Positions 23,829-36,109 of a stretch of DNA of 64,000 nucleotides are shown here, piece by piece. The DNA is from Octopus sinensis. Taxonomy: Eukaryota. The stretch lies in assembly GCF_006345805.1 (NCBI RefSeq), contig NC_043004.1, positions 74,648,001 through 74,712,000 of the forward strand, given 5' to 3'. Position numbers and translations under genes: made by a program. Under the pieces are notes generated by a model. It saw only the letters and a program-made list of their open reading frames with translations, was not told the DNA's origin and did no database searches. Numbering within the stretch: the stretch's first letter is position 1; every line of letters starts with the position of its first letter.

Positions 23829-26349
23829 AATAACCTTTGCATTTGATTTTTTAATGTCTCTACCCCCATACTTTCGTGAGTTGAATTGAGCAAACACTAT
23901 ATGAGAGAGGTTTTCTTTAAGTATTAGAAATAGTTTTATAAAAGTTTTTTTAGCTGCTATTTCTAATGAGTTCAGTATGCGGCAAAGTAATTTATTTTAC
24001 TAAGCCCTTTTATATAATGTAATAATTTGAATTCGCCTTAAATGGTCCCTTTGCATACTGAATACTTGGTGAAATTGATTAATTAATTAATTTTACCCTC
24101 AATTGTTGAAATTATAATTCATCTCTCTCTATTTAAATGCCTCGGATTTTACCGAAAAAAGCATAGTGTTTACTGATTTTAACCCACGCTGGTGGAAAGG
24201 GGAGAGCAGAAATTCTTCGCTTGCATATTTGAGTTTGCTGGCACTGTTAGTTTCGAGCGGATCTTCAGAAGCGATAAGAAGCCGAAAGGGTATGCTCCCA
24301 CTTTCAGTGTTTTCAAATCCAAACCAGGGAGTTCTGAGCTGATGATAGAAATGTCGATTTTGACTAATCTTGAAACGTACGTTCTCAAATAACCTTTGCA
24401 TTTGATTTTTTAATGTCTCTACCCCCATACTTTCGTGAGTTGAATTGAGCAAACACTATATGAGAGAGGTTTTCTTTAAGTATTAGAAATAGTTTTATAA
24501 AAGTTTTTTTAGCTGCTATTTCTAATGAGTTCAGTATGCGGCAAAGTAATTTATTTTACTAAGCCCTTTTATATAATGTAATAATTTGAATTCGCCTTAA
24601 ATGGTCCCTTTGCATACTGAATACTTGGTGAAATTGATTAATTAATTAATTTTACCCTCAATTGTTGAAATTATAATTCATCTCTCTCTATTTAAATGCC
24701 TCGGATTTTACCGAAAAAAGCATAGTGTTTACTGATTTTAACCCACGCTGGTGGAAAGGGGAGAGCAGAAATTCTTCGCTTGCATATTTGAGTTTGCTGG
24801 CACTGTTAGTTTCGAGCGGATCTTCAGAAGCGATAAGAAGCCGAAAGGGTATGCTCCCACTTTCAGTGTTTTCAAATCCAAACCAGGGAGTTCTGAGCTG
24901 ATGATAGAAATGTCGATTTTGACTAATCTTGAAACGTACGTTCTCAAATAACCTTTGCATTTGATTTTTTAATGTCTCTACCCCCATACTTTCGTGAGTT
25001 GAATTGAGCAAACACTATATGAGAGAGGTTTTCTTTAAGTATTAGAAATAGTTTTATAAAAGTTTTTTTAGCTGCTATTTCTAATGAGTTCAGTATGCGG
25101 CAAAGTAATTTATTTTACTAAGCCCTTTTATATAATGTAATAATTTGAATTCGCCTTAAATGGTCCCTTTGCATACTGAATACTTGGTGAAATTGATTAA
25201 TTAATTAATTTTACCCTCAATTGTTGAAATTATAATTCATCTCTCTCTATTTAAATGCCTCGGATTTTACCGAAAAAAGCATAGTGTTTACTGATTTTAA
25301 CCCACGCTGGTGGAAAGGGGAGAGCAGAAATTCTTCGCTTGCATATTTGAGTTTGCTGGCACTGTTAGTTTCGAGCGGATCTTCAGAAGCGATAAGAAGC
25401 CGAAAGGGTATGCTCCCACTTTCAGTGTTTTCAAATCCAAACCAGGGAGTTCTGAGCTGATGATAGAAATGTCGATTTTGACTAATCTTGAAACGTACGT
25501 TCTCAAATAACCTTTGCATTTGATTTTTTAATGTCTCTACCCCCATACTTTCGTGAGTTGAATTGAGCAAACACTATATGAGAGAGGTTTTCTTTAAGTA
25601 TTAGAAATAGTTTTATAAAAGTTTTTTTAGCTGCTATTTCTAATGAGTTCAGTATGCGGCAAAGTAATTTATTTTACTAAGCCCTTTTATATAATATATA
25701 TATATATATATATAACTCTTCCCCCACTCTCTCACATTTCTCTGTCTTTCTCACTTTGCACTCACAAGCCAATCCTTGGCACGCACTCTTTCTTCTCCCC
25801 TCTTTAATTCCTTCTTTCTCTCTCTTCTCCCCCTTTGTTGCCTTCGTCCCTCTTTTTCTCTCTCTCTTTGTTTCCTTTGCCCCCTTTCTTTTCTCTCTCT
25901 TCTCCCACGTGACCGCTCGTCAAATCAGCCTTTTTGGCCTCCGACCACTGCCGTGAGAACATCGTTGTCTTCGTCTGCCGATAAAGGCATTATTTCCAAA
26001 TACGCCAGCTAAACTTGTTGTACTGTTTATTAGTCGTAAGACACCCGCTGTTTTTGTCCTGTTTTTACCATTATTGTTTTTTGTATTTTATATTCGTGTG
26101 GCATCGTCCGATTTTCTGTCCCTGTTTCGTATACATTCGATCCTTCTTCCAAGAAATCTAATGCTCGTAGCTTAGTTTTTCCTTGGGGCTGGCCGGATCG
26201 GAGCGATCTCAAGATTAATCAGCCGAAATTGCTAGGATGATCCGGTTCTTGACTGAAGATTGAAGGCTTCGAATGTCCCGTCCGTGTTTTTTGTATCTTC
26301 TTCTAAATGTTTTACTTTCTTGTCCCAGTTTTTTATTTTTCTACATATA

Positions 26350-26434
<85 letters not shown>

Positions 26435-26438
<4 letters not shown>

Positions 26439-26763
26439 TGGCACTCCGTTGGTTAAATCGACGAGGGTTCCAGTTGATCCGATCAACGGAACCGCATGCA
26501 CGTGAAATTAACGTGTAAGTGGCTGACCACTCCTCAGCCACGTGTTACCTTAACGTAGTTCCCGGGGAGATTCAGCGTGACACAGTGTGTGACCAGGCTG
26601 GCCCCTTCAAGTACAGAAACAGGAAGAAAGAGTTAGAGAAGCTGAGCCTTATGGAACATTAGGTGTCTTCGCTCAATAAACACTCGCAACGCCTGGTCGG
26701 GGAATCGAACCCGCGATCCGACGACCGCGAGTCCGCTGCCCTATTCACTGGGCGATTGCGCCT
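26435..26763 (-). mobile_element. tRNA-derived SINE
   Basis: Reverse complement of the A/B-box head at 26690-26763; body shared with 1700-1935. Confidence 0.75.
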
Positions 26764-26820
26764 CTATATATATCGCGTTCATATTTAATCCTAACAATCG
26801 CAAATTTATAATTCGAAATA

Positions 26821-26880
26821 TTACACTGAGGAGAGAAATAGGCAAATATAATTTACTTTAATCTCGAAACGCGTGTGTAA
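26821..26880 (+). ncRNA. Hammerhead ribozyme motif, probably inactive (GUG triplet)
   Basis: TTACA-CTGAGGA-GAGA...TCTC-GAAAC-GC-GTG-TGTAA; helices I and II pair. Confidence 0.55.
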
Positions 26881-27466
26881 TTAATCGAAGTCGTGTGGAT
26901 TCATCATTTTTCTTTTTACCTACGTAGAAATGAGTGCAATTGTCTCGGAGATACTTATGGTAGTTGAAAATGACATTAACGTCTATTTCTAATTTCGGTA
27001 CGTGGCGAAGCAATTAGCTGACCCCTGATTATAATTATGCATATAATTATAGAATATCATATATATATATATATATATATTTTTAAATATATATATATAT
27101 TTTTATATATAAAGTGATCTAACGAATTACATTTAATTTAATTTAATCTGAGAATTTAATTAGTCAGACATTATATTAAGTAATTATTAAATGGCTTCTT
27201 TATTTGTAAGATTACATTTTAAGTTAATTTAGTATTATATTATTTGATATTTAGTCAACTTTGTTATAGATTGTTATATTAAATCTATAGATACTACACA
27301 TGCATATTGATTATATGGTTAGCTTATTTAAGGAGTTTGTCTATATTTGAACCATTTCTTATTTGGATTACAATTTAATGGTTTGTGTATTTGTATATTT
27401 AATTTAATTTGAAAGTATATAATAATTTAAGTATTGTTTTACTTTTCAATTATGTATATTTAGTAT

Positions 27467-27532
<66 letters not shown>

Positions 27533-27574
27533 GTATATTTATTAATTAATTATTTTATTATTCTAGTTTATTTT

Positions 27575-27663
27575 TAATCTGATGAGTGACTATATTGATT
27601 TCGAAGTGATTTCTCTACCACTATAACCATTTCTTAAATATAGCCACGAAACACGTGTCGTTA
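27575..27663 (+). ncRNA. Type-I hammerhead ribozyme
   Basis: TAAT-CTGATGA-GTGACTATATT...AATATAGCCAC-GAAAC-ACGT-GTC-GTTA; GUC triplet, palindromic helix III. Confidence 0.7.
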
Positions 27664-27844
27664 TTCTACAATTTATATAAGTTATTATTATTATTTATTT
27701 TTTTGCAATTTACTTAATCTTTGACATTTTATTGTTATTTTAATGTTAATATTTCTAATATATGTAATTTTCTGGATTGTGTAATCAGCAGTTGGAAAGG
27801 TAAATCACCACATTCTGTTAGAAATTGTAAATACCTTCATAGAA

Positions 27845-29400
27845 CCAAATATAGTATCTGAGTCTCAATGTGACTTTCGCTTCTCCAGGGGCACAGTTGA
27901 TCGTAACTTTAGTATCAGACAATTTCAGGAAAAGTGCATTGAACAGAACAGAATCTTGCCTTGTACCATTGCATTGTTGATTTAACCAACACAATTGATA
28001 CTGTTAATTGAAATGCTCTGTGGCTAACTGTAGGGAAAATAGGTTTCCCGGAAAAATTTGTGAACATGATCAGAACTTTGCATCAAGATATGAAGGCAGG
28101 AGTTAATTTTGGTGGTAGGCTCTCTGAATCTATTGCTGTGGAAAATTGAGTACAGCAAAGAGACCTTGATACACTCACCCTCTTTGCTATATAATTTTCT
28201 GTTCTGCTGTCACAGGCTTTTCATAACTCCGAGGAGGGTATTTACACAAAATATCGGACAGTGAATGTTTTTAATCTAACCCGCCTGAAATTCAAAACAA
28301 AGGTTTTTACTTCACTCGTTAAGGAATTCTTATACGCTAACGCTTGCGATCTTCTCAGTTACTCTGAAACGGGACTGCAATCTCTTGTATCTGCATTTGA
28401 CACAGCTTGGGGTTGACCATCAGCTTGAAAAAACAGTAGTAAAATTTCAACCGGCACGTGCTCCTGTTTGCATCTCATTAAAAAGCTTCGTTATGGATAA
28501 GTAACTTGAGGTTGTTGACGCTTTCATTTACTTGGGAAGCTCTTCACAAATCATTTGACTTCCTATCCCAGTCGTATTCTTCTGAAACATGGACGTGTTA
28601 TGAAAGTAATTTCAAATTGTTTCGAAGATTCCACCAAAATGCCTTCGACGCATTCTAAACATTAAATGGTTAAATTGGGCTTTTTTTCATTCCAGACAGA
28701 TGTCTATGCGACTGCAACCATCACCTCAATTAAATCAATGATTCTAAACAAGTTACATGAGATGGTTTGGTGATATTGTTCGAATGGCAGATGAACGCAC
28801 ACCGAAACAGCTGTTTTATGAAAAGAATGCAGAGGGGAAACACAATCGGTGTAAACCTAAAAAGAGGTTTAAGGACGGCATAAGAACTACAAATGGATCC
28901 AAAAGTCATTGAAACCGTTGCTTCAGATCGAGCTGGATAGTACATAAAAAATGTGGAGTGGAATGAAAGCGTCTAAGGAGGCCAGGATATGCAAGAATCA
29001 AAAGAGGTTTAAAGAAGGATGTTGCGATCGAGAAGGTGAATCTCAGTCACCTTTTTCTGTGCACAGTTTGTGACAGACCAAGCATTTTTTTGCTGGGCTC
29101 AAATTTCATTTGAAGATCAATGACAAATGAACTTCCACCAACTACTGTGCCTATGTATCTGTGCATATCTTTTAATGCCGTGTATAACATAAGGTCTACA
29201 AATCTAACAGAACCCTCAAAAGACATTTTAACATCCACACAGATCAGAACTTAACTACAGCTCTTGGTGATCCAAGCTGGATCTGCCATGTATATGGTAT
29301 CTTTTCAATACATTGTCTGGTTTAAAAAGCTACATCAGACGCCATGATGTAAGTAGAAGAGGTGGACAAACTCTGCTTTAGATGTAGACAATTACCACAT
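27845..29400 (+). mobile_element. Degraded RTE LINE (RT to C-terminal zinc fingers)
   Basis: QEKCIEQN, FIYLGS, ERTPKQLFYE and CxxC finger remnants, with many stop codons. Confidence 0.75.
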
Positions 29401-29555
29401 ATATCTATCTATCTCCCTATCTATTTACATATATAATTTTTATATGAATATATATATATATATATGTGTGTGTGCATGTGTGCCTGTGTGTGTGTAGAAG
29501 AAAATGGAGATTTTGAAGATGATAAGAGTCTATTAGCAACAACAAATCGATCGTT

Positions 29556-29640
29556 GTCCCTTACAGCTGTTTCAGTTATACACAATGAAGTCAATCAAAA
29601 ATTTAATTCCTATTTCTCAGCATAATCTCTTCAGAGAGAA
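29556..29640 (-). ncRNA. Type-I hammerhead ribozyme
   Basis: Reverse complement TCTCT-CTGAAGA-GATTATGC...GTATAACT-GAAAC-AGCT-GTA-AGGGA; GUA triplet, palindromic helix III. Confidence 0.6.
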
Positions 29641-30029
29641 AAATATACCCTTAGATGTTTTGTATGTTTGTTTGTAGATTCATCACAGAAGACTGAATGA
29701 TACTGTTTATGATTTATATTCATATGTGACTGGGCGAAGGATTTGCAGGTTGGTTGGATATAAGATAGAATAGGTAAATAGTATTTGAGTAATAAATGAA
29801 AGAATAAAATTATACAGTAAATTATAATATAAATAAAACACAATATCAATAAGGTAAGGAAGTAAAGTGCATTTATAAGTTGTATATAAAGGTAGGAAAG
29901 TTTGAACATATATAATTAGGTACATACGAGATAGAAAACATACACCACAAGCGTGGATATATGTATATATATATACATATATATATCTACACACATGTAT
30001 ACATACTTGTATGCATGTATCACACCCAA

Positions 30030-30089
<60 letters not shown>

Positions 30090-30249
30090 ATGCATGTATA
30101 TATGTATGTATTTATGTATGTATGTATTTATGTATGTATGTATGTATATATTGTCTATGCGACTGCAAGCATCACTTCATTTAAATCAATTAAATTGTCC
30201 AGCGGCTGACCTGGCTACAAACACAAAGCTGGAACTATACCTACCACCA

Positions 30250-33175
30250 CATATGGCCACCACCAACAGATGCAGGATGGCCACCACAAACACCAACACA
30301 CACGTCACAAAAATATTCCTACTAAACGTAGAAGGGCTGTTGCACGGCAACTGTAAAAGGAAAATCTCATTCCTGAGAGACCTTGCGGCATGCAATTAAC
30401 CTCTATGCATGGCACTCATAGAAACGCATCTTGGAACTGATATAGGGGATGCAGAAATAAACATACTGTAATATGTTGTCATACGCTCAGATAGAAAAGA
30501 GAGGAGTCATGGTGGAGTTGCAGTGTACATCCGAGATGACCTCACACCCCAGGTCCTGTTGTCAGAATGAAATTCAGTGTGTGATTCTCAAATTGTACAC
30601 AAAAGACAACTAAATATCGTCTTATATACTACATATCGCCCACCGGATGCCCCAAATCACACAGGCATGTTTGAAGACTGCCTAACAAAAATAGGAGAAG
30701 TTCTCACCAAACTGGAACAAAACAATAGTGTATTCTTCATGGGTGACTTTAACTTCCCCACAGTGGAATGGCCTGGGGGGGGGGGCAGATGCTCCCAGGA
30801 ATGACACACCATCAGCAAGCACAGGCAGAGTCCCGGTTCGACCTCACAAATGCCTCTTTCATTGAGCAAATTGTGCTGCAACCAACCAGGGCAGCCTATG
30901 TATGGACCAAAATCCCCCGCAGGCGCACAGCCTCTACGAAGCATCCACAATCTCTCCAAACTAAACTTTCATAAAGTAAATTGAAAGTTGATTGAGAAAG
31001 AGATCCTCAAACAAGATTGGCCTAAATGTCTTTCCACACCAGACATTGACATGAAACACAAACGTTTCATGTCCATAATACAAGCCATATATAACAAATA
31101 TGTTCCAGTGTGCACGGCCAGCACACACAAAAGCAGGATCCCTAGGGAAAGGAAGATTCTTATGAGACGAAGGGCAAGGATTGCGAACTGCCTGAGCAAG
31201 TACACCAAAAGTGGTGAGAAAAGTCTACATCAGTCTCATGAAAAGGAGAGAGCAGATAAAGAAGCTTCGGTTATAGAAAATATAAAATTAAACCCTAAAG
31301 CCTTCTTTAAGTTTGCCAAAGAGGCGGCCACAGTGCGCCAGAGGATAGGACCGCTCTTCCAAAAAGATGGTTCCCATGACGATAAGTGAAATGCTGAACG
31401 AACAGTTCCAAAGTGTGTTTACTACGCTTCTAGGACACAGGCAAGTAAACAAACCAGAAGAATTCTTTGCCACTTTACCTGTAGCCAAAGAGGCAAAAGT
31501 TGAGTACATTAACATTGAAGATGATGATATCACACTAGCCATAGATGAGATTGACACAAACGCAGCTGCTGGACCTGATGGAATACCAGAGATCCTTCTC
31601 AAATCGTGCAAACGAGCCCTTGCAAAACCACTACAGCTTCTTTTTCAGAGCTTTCTTGCAACTGGTAAGCTCCCAGTCAAATTGAAAGGAGGGATAATAT
31701 GCCCTATTCATAAAGGAGGAAGCAGAGCAGATGCTAAAAATTATAGGCCTATCTCTCTGACCTCACACATCAGCAAAGTCATGGAACCAATAGTCCCCCA
31801 GAAACTAATCATGTTCCTTGAAGAAAATGACTTGCTGACTGACACCCAGCATGGATTTTGACCAGGTAGAAGCTGTGTAACACGGCTCCTGTAACACTAT
31901 GACTGGGTGTTAAAACAGCTACTAAATGGCTCAAGTGTGGATGTGATATATCTCGACTTTGCAAAAGCCTTTGATAAAGTCGACCATGATATGATCTCTC
32001 ATAAACTGCGTGATCTCGGTATAGGCGAAAAACTTGGAGAGTGGCTGCACAACTTCCTAAAAGATAGAAGGCAGGCTCTGGTGGCCAATGGAGCCATCTC
32101 CAAGGAAACACAAATAACAAGTGGTGTTCCACAGGTCACTCTCTTGGGGCCACTGCTGTTCATAGTGGCCCTTTCAGACATGCCCTCAGTTGCTAAGATG
32201 GCCACCTTTGCTATCTATGCAAATGACACAAAATTCTGTCAGACAATACAAAACCCTAGAAATATTGCACATCAGCAACGGGAGTTAAATACAATATACA
32301 GGTGGGATGAGGGCACCAACAAGCAGTTTAATGCAGGTAAGTTCCAAGCCCTGTGCTACCGGCACACAAAGATGAACAACATGCAGAACGGATACACTGG
32401 CCCGGGAAGAATTGCAATTCCTGAATCAAAATCAGTGCATGTCTTGGGCATTGACATGAGCAATGATGCATCTTTCTAAGTGTATATTGCCAATTTGGTA
32501 ATAAAATGCAGACGGCTAGCTGGATGGATCCTCAGAATTTTCAGAACAAGAGAGAAGCAGACACTGATGGTCCTTTAGAAGACATTCGTTCTCAGCCGCT
32601 TGGACTACTGCTCCCAACTGTGGTCACCACACAATATAAAGTTAACAGCAGAAATCGAAGCAATCCAGCGAAGCTACACTAAGAAAATATATTAGCTACT
32701 GGGAAAGACTGAAAGTATTAAAACTCTTCTCCCTGGAACGAAGGTGGGAGAGATATGCAGCAATATACATCTGGAAAATCCTGGAGGGTCTTGTCCCGAA
32801 TTTTGGTATTGAAAGTTATCACAACAGCAGAACGGGGCGCCACTGCATGGTGCCAAAGATCCCAACATCACCATCAAAATACAGGACCAGATACTGCAAC
32901 AGCTTGGGTTTCAAGGGACCACAGCTCTTCAATATCCTTCCTAAATGTCTGAGAGACTTGCATTGTGTGGATGTGGGTTTCTTTAAAACTAAAGTGGATC
33001 TCTTCTTGTCAGGGGTTCCAGATGAACCTACCTCTCGGCAGGAAACACAAACGCGAGCAGCGGCGTCGAACTCCCTTGTTGACCAAGTGCCACGTATAGA
33101 GGTAGTTTCACATACTAGTGTAAGTCATTCAACGGTGGTGCCCCAGCATGGCCGCAAACTTCGAGCTGAAACATT
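30250..33175 (+). mobile_element. CR1/L2/jockey-group LINE ORF2 (APE + RT), degraded, with 3' tail
   Basis: MGDFNFP, NYRPISLTS, YLDFAKAFDKVDH and SGVPQ; ends GGTGGTGCCCCAGCATGGCCGCA...GCTGAAAC. Confidence 0.9.
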
Positions 33176-33899
33176 TTTAGGGATTTAAGGATATATCCAT
33201 ATATATATGTGCATATACATATCTATATATATAGAAAGAGAAGGTGAGGAGAAATGTATATATACTTTTTGCTTATTATATGTAAGGAAGTAAATATTTA
33301 AGCTAGCATGATCTTTCCCACCTCTCCTCCCAAACCCAAAAAGCATATACATAAATAACACTTCTTTGAACAAACATTTTAATAAAAAGTCATGTATCTT
33401 ACTCCATTAACACCACTAAACCAGACACACACTTAAAACAGAAAGAATTTGGAAAAACAACTGGTCATTAGATTTCTGACAAAAGGTCAACTATTCAAAG
33501 TACGATAACACCATTCGAGAAGAAATAGAAAAAAGAAGCAGTGACACCGTGAGAGATAGAGTCTTTGACCTATGGAAGACCGATACAACCAGAGAGGGAT
33601 TAAAATCAAAGAAAATCTTGGCGTCAAGCACACATTAACTACAAGAATAGAAAAAGATCTATGGAAACAAAAACAAATAAAACCCAGAAAAAGAAATCCA
33701 TAAGCTCTCAAACTTGAGAAAATTCAAAAACACATGAAATGAAAAAATCTCACGCAACAAACAAACTTCAACCAGAATATCGGAGACTCTCAAACACACA
33801 ATTATACACAGATCAAATACTAAACACTAGAATCAGCTACAACTACTGTCAAAGCCCCAAGAAAAATTACCATAGACAAAATCAAAGATATGAAAAGAA

Positions 33900-35645
33900 C
33901 GAACGGAACAACAGGACCAAACCCTTCACATATTAACCACCAAACAAAATTCTACCACTCAGAAAATTATCAACATGAAATGCCAGTGAACAGAATATTT
34001 CACCACAACAGAAACACCCCTATCCCAAACGGGAATTCATTTTTAGGACAAGGTGTCTCCAGCAAATGAAAGAAAAAAAAAGAAAACACCACCCTTGACG
34101 AACAAAAACTACAGACACCAAAAATAATCAACATATCGGCCACGAAATGAACACAACAGGAAATCAAACTATTAGAAAACGAACTGAAGTTCACACCCAC
34201 CCCGAAAGCAGATAGAGCCGATTTTATAAAGGACAGAGAAGATATTTGTCGCAAATTACTTCTAGAAGAATTTTTCTAGAATATGACGAGGAATCAGTAG
34301 TGAAAACAAAATGAACTTCAATCCACCACTAAATAGAAACATACACCTGGAAGAATACATAACCTGCCTACGACGATCAATGCAGTATAGCATTATAGAG
34401 ACGAAACACAAATGTAACATCACTACACACCAACTGCTAGCACTAAGCAAACGACAAAACGACTCCTAAATAATTATAAAAGAAGCTGACCAGAGTGGAG
34501 CAATCACCATCATGGCCAAAAAGCACTACAAAGATATGATCCTAGAACAGTTGAATGACAAAGTATTTTACAGGAAAATCAACAAATGCGAGAAAAAATT
34601 CAATGATTAAAGTAGGTAAACTGACGAAAAGCGCCAAAATAACTTCACACTAAAACTAACTTTGAAATGAAAACCAGCATTTTTTATGGATTACCGAAAG
34701 TTCATAAATCCAAAGAAATCCAAAACAACATAAATGGCAAAACGTTGAAGTACCAAAAGCGACAGATTTTAAATTACGCCTAGTTGTTGCTGGACCAGCA
34801 TGCAATGTCTAAGTAAGTTATTAGACATCCTTTTGAAACCCCAATATAAAAAAAGTGCCGAGCTACATCAGAGATGATATGGAATTCCTGAATTATATCC
34901 GCCAGAGAGTACACCAAGATACAATCTTAGTCAGCTTTGATGTAACAAGCTTATATACTAACATCCCACACGATTTAGGAATTGAAGCTGTTGACATCTG
35001 GATTATAAAACATCCAGCTTCCATTTAAGAGAGATTCCCGAAAGACTATTTTGGAAGGGCTCAAATTAACATTGTGGAAGAAGCACTTCCTATTTCATAA
35101 CGAGCTATATTTACAAATAAAAGGAACAACCATGGGCACCAAAGAATCCCCAACATATGCAACACTTGTTATGGGAAACCTAGAGACAAAACTATATTCC
35201 CAACTGCAGGAAACGTTCAGTCACGACTTCGCCACCTACATAAATAACAACTGGAAACGTTATCTAGACTATTGCTTCATCTTCTCGGATAGAAACCAAG
35301 AGGACCAGCAAAGATTCTGCTCCATCATAAATAATCTTCCTGAAGAAATACAAATCACCATGGAATGTAGCAGAAAGGAAGTATCATTTCTGGATATCCT
35401 TATCATTCAAGAAATGGAAAATATCGAAACAGACCTATTTTACAAACCAGCAGACACACATCAATATTTAAATTTCGAAGCAGCACACCCCTCACATAGC
35501 AAAAGGAACATTCCCTTTAACATGATAAAACGCATCTGCACCGTAGTTATACAGTCCACATTACAGGGAAAAAGATTACATGAACTAAATTGGTTCCATA
35601 AAAGACAAAAGTATTCGATGAAGCATAAGGGGTTATATTGAAGGA
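33900..35645 (+). mobile_element. Penelope-like retroelement RT, degraded
   Basis: FYGLPKVHK, SFDVTSLYTNIPH, GTTMGTKESPTYA and FYKPADTHQYLNF. Confidence 0.85.
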
Positions 35646-36109
35646 AAACAATTTACATAACGTCTGAGATGTTCACACACACACACGCACATATACTTAT
35701 ACACACACATACATACACATATACATACATGCATACTTGTAATAGTGTAATATAAAAAAAAACTGTGAATGAACAATCATTGATGGTACGAATGTATATT
35801 GTACTTTTAAACACGATATACACAATATATAAGAGATATTATCTCCGGACGAATACTACAATAAATTTGTCTGTCCTGCAGCGCTTAGGTCGAAAATGTC
35901 ACATAAATAGCTATTCTAATCTAAAACTGGTTCTGTTGCATGTAACGAATTTTTAGTCAGCCGGACCGCTACTCGCAAGATCATTGATTCTTTATTCTCT
36001 ATTCTTGTAAATCGGTGGTGATAAATTTCGTCTAAGCATGATAGTTCTAAGGACAACCAATTGAAGATACTCAGCGAAACCGAAATGCATTAAATGTACT
36101 CATTTGCCA

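Larger units (their letters stand above)
20862..25695. repeat. 559-bp tandem array: about 5.1 copies, then about 3.55 inverted copies, flanked by (TA)n
   Basis: Repeated ORF starts 21085/21644/22203/22750/23309 (+) and 23893/24452/25011/25570 (-); inversion junction at 23707-23708; 12-bp deletion in copy 3. Confidence 0.97.

Noticed and set aside
20862-25695. CRISPR array or rDNA/histone repeat
   Set aside because: No unique spacers, no rRNA or histone similarity that I can recognise, eukaryotic context
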